DNA from: Anaerolineae bacterium
GTDB lineage: Bacteria > Chloroflexota > Anaerolineae > Anaerolineales > UBA4823
NCBI GenBank assembly: GCA_003327455.1
Contig: QOQU01000001.1
Span: 258,337 to 322,336, forward strand
Length of the DNA: 64,000 nt
Direction: 5' to 3'
Part shown: positions 25,994-34,258 of the stretch, in pieces
How positions within the stretch are numbered: the first letter of the stretch is position 1
Layout of the letters: each line of letters begins with the position of its first letter
Notes under the pieces: model-generated
The model's database searches: none
Told to the model about the DNA's origin: nothing
What the model saw: the letters and a program-made list of their open reading frames with translations, nothing else
Translations under genes and position numbers: made by a program

Positions 25994-26100
25994 TGTTTTC
26001 GCTTGCTTTCCCTGGCCCTCTGGGGGTGGGTGGGTGGGGGGTGGTGGCGGTGCTTTGCTCGATGCCGGCGTTCTCGCATGTTCGCTTCTTTCTGCTGGCT

Positions 26101-26220
26101 TTGCTTGCTCAATGTCTGGCTACGATTCGGTCCGCGGTGAATGCTTGCTCAATGTCGATCTACGATTCGGTTCTCGGTGAATGCTTGCTCGGTGTCGATC
26201 TACGATTCGGTTCTCGGTGG
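26101..26220. repeat. 3 x 40-bp tandem repeat (TGCTTGCTCAATGTCGATCTACGATTCGGTTCTCGGTGAA)
   Basis: Copies start at 26101, 26141 and 26181. Confidence 0.85.
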
Positions 26221-26431
26221 TTGTTTAATTGGTGTGGCTTAACAAGAATAAAAGCGAATCCGGGTTTGGGTTAGTGGGGGAATGGCGGTTCAAGTCCGCC
26301 CGCCCCGACCTTCTGGGGGCATAAAACGATCGGTTGCGAAAGTGCGACTCCCATTTATTGTGTTTTTACTGCAAAAGCCTTAAATGGGCTGCTCCCCTTG
26401 CCCACCGAAACACCCAAACGCCTATGTCCTT

Positions 26432-26790
26432 ATCCCTCACCCTGACCCTCTCCCTGAGGGAGAGGGAACCTGACTCCCCTCGCCCATTGGGAGAGGGGTT
26501 GGAGGTGAGGGCATTCTCCAATCCCTCACCCTGGCCTTCTCCCTGAGGGATAGAGAACTTGACTCCCCTCGCCCATTGGGAGAGGGGTTGGAGGTGAGGG
26601 CATTTTCCAATCCCTCACCCTGGCCTTCTCCCTGAGGGAGAGAGAACTCAACTCCCCTCGCCCATTGGGAGAGGGGTTGGAGGTGAGGGCATTTTCCAAT
26701 CCCTCACCCTGGCCCTCTCCCTGAGGAATAGAGAACTTGACTCCCCTCGCCCATTGGGAGAGGGGTTGGAGGTGAGGGGGATAAGCCCTT
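26432..26790. repeat. 4 x 89-bp tandem array of the complete 'GEG' nested-palindrome unit
   Basis: Unit atCCCTCACCCtggCCCTCTCCCtgaGGGAGAGGGaac..CTCCCCTCGCCCattGGGAGAGGGGttGGAGGTGAGGGcatt. Copies start at 26432, 26521, 26610 and 26699. Confidence 0.9.
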
Positions 26791-26849
26791 GAATCACATT
26801 CCCGACCAGAATCTGCTGTGGGCTAATGCTCTCCAGTAGTCTGTATTTC

Positions 26850-28034
26850 CTAGATGACCAGCATTTTAACTGCCGCTGCAACATACAGGCGGGCAGCAAT
26901 CTCCATGGCTTGAATCTCAATAAACTCATTGGGTTGGTGCGCCAGAGCAGGATCGCCTGGCCCGAGTATCAAGGTAGGAACCTTCAAAGCTGGCACAAAG
27001 ACGGCTGCCTCGGTGGCAAAGGGCACTTTGACGATCGGAATGTCAAGCCCAGCGAATTCTCGGGCAGCCGCTAAAAAAGTTTGCACGGCTGGCGAGTCGG
27101 CGGCTGTCTCGGCGGGTGGCAGTTCATAGGTCAGGCGGATCGAGGCTTTCAAACCCGGAATTTCAGCTTCCAACCGGGCAAGAAACGCTTCTAACTGATG
27201 CAACAATTGACGGTGGTCTTGACCCGGCAAGGTGCGCATATCGACCATCACCGAGCACTGATCGGGTACCACGTTGACCTTCACCCCTCCTTGAATCGTG
27301 TTGACACTGCGCGTGAAATTTCCTAAAACGGGATGAGGTTGAAAGGGAATTTCCAGCTTTTCCAATTCACTCAACACTTTCACCATCATCATCACTGCAT
27401 TGATACCTAACTCAGGCGTTGAGCCGTGGGCAGTTTTGCCATAGGTGGTGATTTCAGGCCAGAAGACACCCCTTTCGGCCAACCCGAGTTGATTGGAAGT
27501 TGGCTCTGATATGATCACAGCTTGCCAGTTCCTGGCTTCGGGTAATGCAGCCAGGGAATGCGCCCCCATCATATTTACTTCCTCACCGGCGGTGGCAGTG
27601 AGAATCAGATCGCCGCGAAGGTTGAGATCCGCCTGGGCAATTGCTTTGGCTGCTGCCAGCATGGCAGCCACCCCTCCCTTCATATCCGCCGAGCCACGTC
27701 CCCAGACTTTGCCCTGCTCGATACTGCCTTCAAACGGAGGATATTCCCAATTGCCTGCCCCAACGGGCACCACGTCTACATGTCCATTGAAGACCACCGC
27801 TCCGCACTTGCCTGTCCCTTTCAGGCGAGCCAGCAGGGTAGCCCGATTCGCTTCGTGTTCGATCAGGTGACACTCATAACCAAAGGGTTTGAGATATTCA
27901 GCGATATATTCAACCGCCGAACGTTCGTTGCCCGGCGGATTTGTTGTGTCAAAACGCACCAGGTCGGAGGTCAAACGAGCGATCTCATCAGCTGAGATTT
28001 TGGAGAAAATCCCTTGAATGTCCATGCTTTGCAT
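26850..28034 (-). CDS. M20-family metallopeptidase (ArgE/DapE-like deacylase); start uncertain (28052 TTG, 28034 ATG or 28025 ATG)
   Basis: NGHVDVVP, GRGSADMKGG, ATAGEE metal-ligand motifs. Confidence 0.8.
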   Translation of the reverse strand: MQSMDIQGIFSKISADEIARLTSDLVRFDTTNPPGNERSAVEYIAEYLKPFGYECHLIEHEANRATLLARLKGTGKCGAVVFNGHVDVVPVGAGNWEYPPFEGSIEQGKVWGRGSADMKGGVAAMLAAAKAIAQADLNLRGDLILTATAGEEVNMMGAHSLAALPEARNWQAVIISEPTSNQLGLAERGVFWPEITTYGKTAHGSTPELGINAVMMMVKVLSELEKLEIPFQPHPVLGNFTRSVNTIQGGVKVNVVPDQCSVMVDMRTLPGQDHRQLLHQLEAFLARLEAEIPGLKASIRLTYELPPAETAADSPAVQTFLAAAREFAGLDIPIVKVPFATEAAVFVPALKVPTLILGPGDPALAHQPNEFIEIQAMEIAARLYVAAAVKMLVI

Positions 28035-28130
28035 TTCCTCTCGAAAAGACAAAAACCTTGTCCAACGTTAAAGTCCAAATCGGAAGGGGGAGGTGGGAAA
28101 AAACCACCTCCCCCACTGAAATCAATCGAT

Positions 28131-28517
28131 TTACGCCTTAATTTTGAAATAGCGCAACATTGCCCAACCGGCAATCATCGTGCCGAGGACGCAGATGATG
28201 ATATTCCATGCTGCAGGAACCTTGAGCGCCATGGGGATATAAGCCAACAGGACGACAATCGGAAGATATTTCCAGCCGCGCAAAATGGATTGTCCCCATA
28301 CGGCTCCAAACACCGCACGCAAGAGGAATTTATTGAAAGCATTTAACAGCCAGGCTGGAAAATATTGCTGGATGTAATTGATAAACAGCGCTCCAATTAA
28401 GATCGCCGGGATGTTGATCAGAACAGAAGTTACCACTCCAATTGCAGCCACCAGTTCCCCTTCGCGCGTGCCTTCTTTAGCCCCTGCTACCTCCTGGGCG
28501 ACAGCGGCACAAGGCAC
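28131..28517 (-). CDS. Membrane protein of unknown family. The frame stays open and protein-like upstream to 28616 without an in-frame start (possible frameshift just after the ATG at 28622)
   Basis: 3-4 TM helices. The upstream in-frame extension reads GFYISEPIAYFPTPGNAGWYLAGTDGNGSNLH. AAGGAG plus ATG lies at 28622 in a different frame. Confidence 0.5.
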   Translation of the reverse strand: MPCAAVAQEVAGAKEGTREGELVAAIGVVTSVLINIPAILIGALFINYIQQYFPAWLLNAFNKFLLRAVFGAVWGQSILRGWKYLPIVVLLAYIPMALKVPAAWNIIICVLGTMIAGWAMLRYFKIKA

Positions 28518-28818
28518 GTGCAGGTTCGAGCCATTGCCGTCGGTTCCAGCCAGATACCAGCCAGCGTTGCCAGGGGTGGGAAAATAAGCAATCGGCTCAC
28601 TGATGTAGAAACCATCAGAGTCTCCTTAGAATGGGATTTTCGATGTGATACACATCTATATTTCATTCTATAAGTCATCGAAAAAAAGTCAAGCCGAAAA
28701 TAAAACACTCCCATCCGACCATTCGTTTATAATAAAAAAGCCCCTCAAAAACTTTTTCCCCGTTCGTCAAAAGAGTTTAGAGAGGTCGTTGATTCCTGAT
28801 TCTCCAAAGGAGATATCC

Positions 28819-31155
28819 ATGAATGTGGTGTTCAAATCCTTTCTGCGGCCTCTCGGATCATTGCTCATCCTGGCAAGCCTACCCTTCAATTTTCTCTCTT
28901 CCCAAACTCTTAACCGGGACAACCTCATCTCTCCGTCACCTGCAAAGATAGATTTCGAACCTCCGGCAAAAGCAGAGAGGCAGCCTAATTTGTCCACACA
29001 TCTTAACCCATCCGCTGAAACCGATGTCCACTTTGTGGGTGTTCTCATCGACGTACAGGGGTCGTCTACACCAGGGGCAGTGACAACTAGAACCATTCGA
29101 GTCCAGGAGATCCTGGACGGACCAACTTTGAGCGGTACTGTTCTGGTAAAGTGGCAGGCTTTGCTCTATTGTTGGGAATCCTATATCGAAAGTGGCTTGA
29201 AGATCGGCGATGTCGTCGAAGTCAAAGGCAATTTAGGTTTTGCAGGCAATCCCGATGTCTGGCTGTGCGGACCAGGAGAGGAAACAGGCTCTTCTTACTT
29301 TATCCGCCGTGCCGTAAGACCGGAACCAATTAACGATCTTACGGCAATCACCGGTACCTATCCAGGAGAAATCATCCTCCGCTGGACAGCACCCTCGCTG
29401 GACGGTGGCACCACAAAGGTCGATTCATACACCCTCAGGTACTGGCCCTGGGAAATCAGTGAGCAAGAATGGAAATACGCCACCGACCTGGAGTCCGAAC
29501 CTATCCCTACCCTGCCGGGGACAGTCCAAACGATGACGGTTAATCTCAAACCGGGCAGCGAGTACTTTTTCGCCATCAAGGCGGTCGGTCCGACAGGGTT
29601 ATCTGCTCCAATCTCTAATTCTCCGTCCGCGCGCGCGGCTGGATATTTAGTCAGTGATATTAATTCTGATCTGACTTATACCCCGCAGGACATCCTCGGC
29701 TATCACGATGTGACCATTGTGGCAACCGCTGCTCGTACCGATGATTGGACGTTCAGATTGGGGGATATTGTGGAGGTGATTAAGTCCATCTCACAATTCA
29801 AAGACCTGAAGGAGGTCGCCTTTACCCTGGTTGATAAAGGCGGCTGGGCAGCCCTGGCTACTTATGCCAAAGCAGTCTGTGTCGGCCTGGCAGCGGACAT
29901 CGCTTTGAATTTGCGCTCTCAAGCTCTCTGGGGCTTACACCCGCTGGAAGACGGGGATTTCAGTCTGCTCTTATTAGACCCTAATGCGCCGCTTCTCCAA
30001 CCAGGGGTACCCTACCTCATCAAAGGAGTCTTACGGGAGAAAAAGCTCAAACCTCCGTTCGAACCTTTCTATTACCTGGAAGTTGACGATGCCAGCAAAA
30101 TCGTAGAACTTTTACCCTCCCCAACAGAACCTCACTTTACCATCCCAAACGGCTACACCTTTCGTTATTGGGTGAATATAAAACTCAATGAGGTCACACC
30201 CCTGGGAGACAACGTTTGCACGATCGGCATGGTAAGTGAACGATATGTGTTCAATCAATCGAAATATATTCGGCTTCGATTGATGGAAGGGAACGAAAGC
30301 GGCTTGATCGTTCGCGTTCAAGCCGAATCAGCCGCTCCTACCCTGGGATCTCTCGTGCTTGCCTGTGGTACCAAACGTTCTGAACACGATGTTTACGACG
30401 GCTGGCAATGGATCAGCAACTACCTGAACACCACAGAAGGCAATGGAAAGGTCTCGCTCTTGCGCGGTAAGACCTCCTCAATTGCCGGGCATGAGTATCT
30501 CAATACCACCAAACTGGTGGTAACGACAGGTAGCCCGGTGGATTTGCACGTCTGGGATGACCAGCAAAATCACATAGGGGCAATCTATGACTTACAGGGT
30601 CAACCAATCGGTTATCAAAATCAACTCCCGGATGCTGACTATATCCCAGGCACAGACCAAAACAGCGAAGCAGTCATCGTCGGCAATCCCACGTCATCGA
30701 TCTATTACCTGAACGTGCAGGGAAAGAATAGCGGGGTTTATACCGAAACGATTCGCATCTTTGACCCTTCAGGGGAACAGACGTATTTTTATAGCCTCCC
30801 AAACCAGCCTACTTTCAATGGTAAATATGACCAGATCGATTTTGCCGAACTTCCTGCCCCTCCGCGTGGTTTGACTTTTGATGTTACTGTGACAGGTACG
30901 GTCCTGGATTGGCTGGACAACTCCGAAAACGATCTGTTGGGATATAACATCTATCGCAGTCAACAGCGCGATGGCGCATACCAGAAGCTGAATGCCCTCC
31001 CCTGGAGTGTCAGTACCTTCATCGACAATGAGACATCCACAACCCAGGCTTATTATTACTATGTGACCGCTGTGGACCAGAGCTACAACGAAAGCGGACA
31101 TTTGACACCGCTAGCAAACCAATCTATACTTTACCTGCCAATTCTGATTCGCTAA
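28819..31155 (+). CDS. Secreted/surface protein with fibronectin type III-like domains (start moved to MNVVFKSF after AAGGAG)
   Basis: Signal peptide LGSLLILASLPF. FN3-like segments (LRWTAPSLDGGTTKVDSYTLRYW..YFFAIKAV; LDWLDNSENDLLGYNIYRS..YYYYVTAVDQSYNES). Confidence 0.6.
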   Translation: MNVVFKSFLRPLGSLLILASLPFNFLSSQTLNRDNLISPSPAKIDFEPPAKAERQPNLSTHLNPSAETDVHFVGVLIDVQGSSTPGAVTTRTIRVQEILDGPTLSGTVLVKWQALLYCWESYIESGLKIGDVVEVKGNLGFAGNPDVWLCGPGEETGSSYFIRRAVRPEPINDLTAITGTYPGEIILRWTAPSLDGGTTKVDSYTLRYWPWEISEQEWKYATDLESEPIPTLPGTVQTMTVNLKPGSEYFFAIKAVGPTGLSAPISNSPSARAAGYLVSDINSDLTYTPQDILGYHDVTIVATAARTDDWTFRLGDIVEVIKSISQFKDLKEVAFTLVDKGGWAALATYAKAVCVGLAADIALNLRSQALWGLHPLEDGDFSLLLLDPNAPLLQPGVPYLIKGVLREKKLKPPFEPFYYLEVDDASKIVELLPSPTEPHFTIPNGYTFRYWVNIKLNEVTPLGDNVCTIGMVSERYVFNQSKYIRLRLMEGNESGLIVRVQAESAAPTLGSLVLACGTKRSEHDVYDGWQWISNYLNTTEGNGKVSLLRGKTSSIAGHEYLNTTKLVVTTGSPVDLHVWDDQQNHIGAIYDLQGQPIGYQNQLPDADYIPGTDQNSEAVIVGNPTSSIYYLNVQGKNSGVYTETIRIFDPSGEQTYFYSLPNQPTFNGKYDQIDFAELPAPPRGLTFDVTVTGTVLDWLDNSENDLLGYNIYRSQQRDGAYQKLNALPWSVSTFIDNETSTTQAYYYYVTAVDQSYNESGHLTPLANQSILYLPILIR

Positions 31156-31163
31156 GGAGGCCC

Positions 31164-32390
31164 ATGGAAGCTACAATCCCTTCTTCTGTCAGGCGCTGGT
31201 TGGAGCATGTGCGGGTGCTGGCTGTGGACATCGGGCCGCGCGGGCCCACCCGCGAAGGAGAGCGAAAGGGAGCCCTGTACGCTAAGGAACAATTCGAAAA
31301 GATGGGCTTACAGCCCCGTTGGGAGACTTTTCGCAGCGCTCGCTCGATCTTCCACCCCCATCTTCTGGGCGCAATTTTGATGCTGGTGGCTTTTCTCCTT
31401 TATCCTCTCGGTGGACGCTGGACTGCGGCATTCGCCGCTTTGCTTTCTATTTTTGTCCTGATCAACGAAGTGCTGGAACTCAGCTTTCGGGAGAATTTCT
31501 TTCGCTGGGTGGTGCCCAAAGGAGAAAGCCAGAACGTTTATGCGCTCCTGAACCCTCAAGGGGAGCATCGTTTTGATCTGATCCTGGTTGGCCATGTGGA
31601 CAGCCAGCGTACACCGCTGATCTTCAAGAACCGCGCCTGGGTGAAAATCTATGATCGGTTCACGTTTATCGCTTTTGCCAGTTTTCTCTTGCAGGCAATT
31701 CTCTACAGCCTGGGAGCAATTTTTGGCTGGAACTGGGTTTGGCCGCCGACTGTCGTCAGCGCAATCTGCGCCGTGTTGCTGGCAGCCATGTGCATTCAGG
31801 CTGATCTGACTCCCTTCACGGCTGGCGCCAATGACAATGCCACCGCCGTGGGGATGGTACTTGCCCTGGCGGAGGAATTGCGCAATCAGCCCTTAGAGCA
31901 CGCCCGCGTCTGGGCGGTGATTACCGGCTGTGAAGAAGTGCAGCATTACGGCATGATCGATTTTTACCGCCGTCATCTCAACGAGTTTGAATCCCCCCAC
32001 GCAGTGGTCTTCGAGATGCTCGGCTGCGCCGGGCCGGCCTGGGTGACGCGGGAAGGTATTGTCGTGCCTTTTCACAGTGACTCCAGGCTGGTTGCCCTTG
32101 CCGAGCGATTGAGCGCCGAAAATCCGCACTGGCAGGCTTACCCGGCAAAGATCAGCGGCGGCAACTCGGAGCTTTCGGATGCGGTGCGCTTTGGAGTGCC
32201 GGCGATCACCTTCTTTGGTCTCACCCCGGATGGCGAAGCCCCTTACTGGCATCAGCGTGAGGATACCTATGACAAGATGAATCCAGACGTGATGGCAAGA
32301 ACCTGGCAAATGGTTACCGCTTTTATCCGCCATCTGGATCGGGAAGGCGTTTCGGGAGCATCTTCAGGCGAACAAAGGCTGCCCGCATAA
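31164..32390 (+). CDS. Membrane-embedded M28-family metallopeptidase
   Basis: GHVDSQ, GANDNATAVGMVLALAEEL, GCEEVQHYG motifs interrupted by about 4 TM helices. Confidence 0.65.
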   Translation: MEATIPSSVRRWLEHVRVLAVDIGPRGPTREGERKGALYAKEQFEKMGLQPRWETFRSARSIFHPHLLGAILMLVAFLLYPLGGRWTAAFAALLSIFVLINEVLELSFRENFFRWVVPKGESQNVYALLNPQGEHRFDLILVGHVDSQRTPLIFKNRAWVKIYDRFTFIAFASFLLQAILYSLGAIFGWNWVWPPTVVSAICAVLLAAMCIQADLTPFTAGANDNATAVGMVLALAEELRNQPLEHARVWAVITGCEEVQHYGMIDFYRRHLNEFESPHAVVFEMLGCAGPAWVTREGIVVPFHSDSRLVALAERLSAENPHWQAYPAKISGGNSELSDAVRFGVPAITFFGLTPDGEAPYWHQREDTYDKMNPDVMARTWQMVTAFIRHLDREGVSGASSGEQRLPA

Positions 32391-32418
32391 CATCCAACCC
32401 GGTGTTGAAGGCTTGAGC

Positions 32419-32805
32419 GTACCTGGGCCTGCGGACGCCCCGTCTGAGCAATCACTCTAGCACACAACCCCCCTGGGCCTGCGGACGTCTCGTCCGCTAG
32501 CAATGCATCCGAGACGGATGCGGCCCAGCGGATAGCGGATGAGGGGGATAATGGCATGTACCTGGGCCTGCGGACGCCCCGTCCGCTCTTAACGGTGCAT
32601 CCGAGATGCGGGCCCAGCGGATAGCGGATGAGGGGGATAATGGCACGTACTGGGCCTGCGGACGCCCCGTCCGCTCTTAACGATGCATCCGAGACGGATG
32701 CGGCCCAGCGGATAGCGGATGAGGGGGATAATGGCACGTACTGGGCTTGCGGACGTCCCGTCCGCTCTTAACGATGCATCCGAGACGGATGCGGACCCAG
32801 TGGGT
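32419..32805. repeat. About 4.5 tandem copies of a roughly 90-bp unit carrying two hairpins (GCGGACG-ccc-CGTCCGC and GCATCCG-aga-CGGATGC); REP/BIME-like
   Basis: Unit starts at 32419 (partial), about 32471, 32558, 32647 and 32738. It ends 10 nt from the RAYT fragment. Confidence 0.85.
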
Positions 32806-32815
32806 GAGTCTTCAG

Positions 32816-33075
32816 CTATGCGTTCCTGGCAGTCTCAGCAGCGCTTGACCAGGGCCAGTCCTGCGCAGCAGCAACCAGCCCGGCTTTGACTGGATTCTGG
32901 TGGATGTATTCCACAACGGCTTTAAAGTGCTTTTGGTCGCGAATAAATCGATCGAAATAATCGGGCATCCAAAAGTCGCCTGTTCGATCAAGCAGCTTGT
33001 TGGCTTCGTGGGCAATGTAAGATTTCCAACTGTGGATCACTTTCGAGAGGGAATGGCCTAAGGGGGCTTTGCCGT
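32816..33075 (-). pseudogene. 5'-truncated REP-associated tyrosine transposase (RAYT, IS200/IS605 Y1 family) fragment
   Basis: FWMPDYFDRFIRDQKHFKAVVEYIHQNPVKAGLVAAAQDWPWSS matches the conserved RAYT C-terminus (WQPRFWEHxIR...YIxxNPVKxGxV..DWPxS). The N-terminal HUH half is absent because the neighbouring gene ends at 33079. Confidence 0.75.
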
Positions 33076-33078
33076 TCC

Positions 33079-34248
33079 CTATTCTTCGGTAATGATCTCC
33101 ACTTCGGCGCTCATCCCCCAGCGCAAGCCCGGCAGTTGCTCATCCAGGGCGATGACGACCGTATAGACCACATCGCCGCCCAATAAATCCGCCTGCGGTG
33201 AGATGGCAATCACCTGACCGTCCACTTCCTCGCCCAGCGCATCGATCCACACCTTGGCGCGCTTCCCAACCTCCACCTGAGCGACATCCCGTTCACTGAG
33301 ATCCGAGGTCTCGACCACAAACTGGCTCAAATTGCCGAGCACCGCCACCACGCTGCCCGCCAACACCGTCTCGCCGGGGCTGGCTTTAAGGGCGGTAATC
33401 GTGCCATCGAATGGAGCTTTCAACGAAGCCTGTTCAAGGGCAGCGCGCGCCTTCGCCAGTTGCGCCTGGGCGTTTTTCAGGCGTGCCTGGGCTAATTCCA
33501 CAGCATCCGGGTCGGGGCCCTCTTTGACCTTTTCGTATTCCGTTTTCGCCTTCTCCAGGTTTGCCCAGGCAATCAGGCGCCGGCTTTCCAGTTCCAGCCG
33601 CCGCAGGGCGTTCTGATGATTGCTCTCGGCGGCGTCCAGTCGCTCCTTCAGCGCGCGGCGAGTGGGGTCAGACTCGGATTTATAGCGCACGGCTTCAAAC
33701 GCCTGGCGGGCTTTCTCCAGTTCGGTCTGGGCGTTTTGCATGGCTTGAATCGAATCCGTACCGCTGAGGTTGGTCGAAGCCAGAAAGTAATACAGTTGAT
33801 ATTCGGCCTCGCGCAATTCGGCAAACGCGGCGGCAATGGCCGCAAATGCCTGGGCCTTCGCCAGAGGAGCGCTGGCATAGAGATCATCCAATGCCTGTTG
33901 GGCAGATAGCATTTCCAGTTCGGCTGCGCTGACCGCAGCCTGCAAAGCTTCTTTGCCAGCCAGTTCGGCGATCACCTGACCGGCGGTCACCGCATCGCCG
34001 CTTTCGACCAGGATGGTTTGAATCTGCCCTCCTTGCGTAAAGCTCAGGTTGGCTTTCTGGCGCGGCACAACCACCGCCGAAGCGCGGATGCCCTGGCTGG
34101 TCAGGACAATAGCGGGCGAAGGGGTAGCCGATAAGACCAGGGCGGTCGGGAGAGGTGTGGATTTTGGGGAACAGGCGCCCAGCATGACCAGCGCCAGCAA
34201 CACACCCAAGCCTGGAAATAGAGCGCGGAGCAAGGAAAATCGCTGCAT
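33079..34248 (-). CDS. HlyD/MacA-type periplasmic adaptor lipoprotein (start moved to MQRFSLL)
   Basis: Lipobox VMLGAC, long coiled-coil hairpin, LKAPFDGTITAL beta-barrel motif. Confidence 0.8.
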   Translation of the reverse strand: MQRFSLLRALFPGLGVLLALVMLGACSPKSTPLPTALVLSATPSPAIVLTSQGIRASAVVVPRQKANLSFTQGGQIQTILVESGDAVTAGQVIAELAGKEALQAAVSAAELEMLSAQQALDDLYASAPLAKAQAFAAIAAAFAELREAEYQLYYFLASTNLSGTDSIQAMQNAQTELEKARQAFEAVRYKSESDPTRRALKERLDAAESNHQNALRRLELESRRLIAWANLEKAKTEYEKVKEGPDPDAVELAQARLKNAQAQLAKARAALEQASLKAPFDGTITALKASPGETVLAGSVVAVLGNLSQFVVETSDLSERDVAQVEVGKRAKVWIDALGEEVDGQVIAISPQADLLGGDVVYTVVIALDEQLPGLRWGMSAEVEIITEE

Positions 34249-34258
34249 GGCGGGCCTC

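Larger units (their letters stand above)
22687..26313. mobile_element. Integrase-less genomic island / decayed integrative element at tRNA-Pro, apparently two tandem remnants (22717-25942 and 25976-26283)
   Basis: Perfect 30-bp direct repeat GGCGGTTCAAGTCCGCCCGCCCCGACCTTC at 22687-22716 (inside the tRNA) and 26284-26313. A third partial tRNA copy lies at 25943-25975. The interior is visibly A+T-richer and dense in tandem repeats. No ORF resembles a recombinase. Confidence 0.75.

Noticed and set aside
25155-26274. Island ORFs 25155..25352(-), 25321..25572(+), 25373..25726(+), 25593..25850(+), 25634..25855(-), 25870..26274(+) and 25918..26112(-)
   Set aside because: They run through G-runs, tandem repeats and the copied gene fragments (for example MDFTILFFLFL is the copied protease start) and have no RBS. 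They are treated as non-coding, although a short chimeric peptide from the copied protease start codon cannot be excluded.
32267-32737. 156-aa minus-strand ORF with internal protein repeats (MPLSPSSAIRWAASVSDA..)
   Set aside because: Its repeats are simply the 90-bp DNA tandem repeat read in frame, and it overlaps the 3' end of the M28 peptidase gene.
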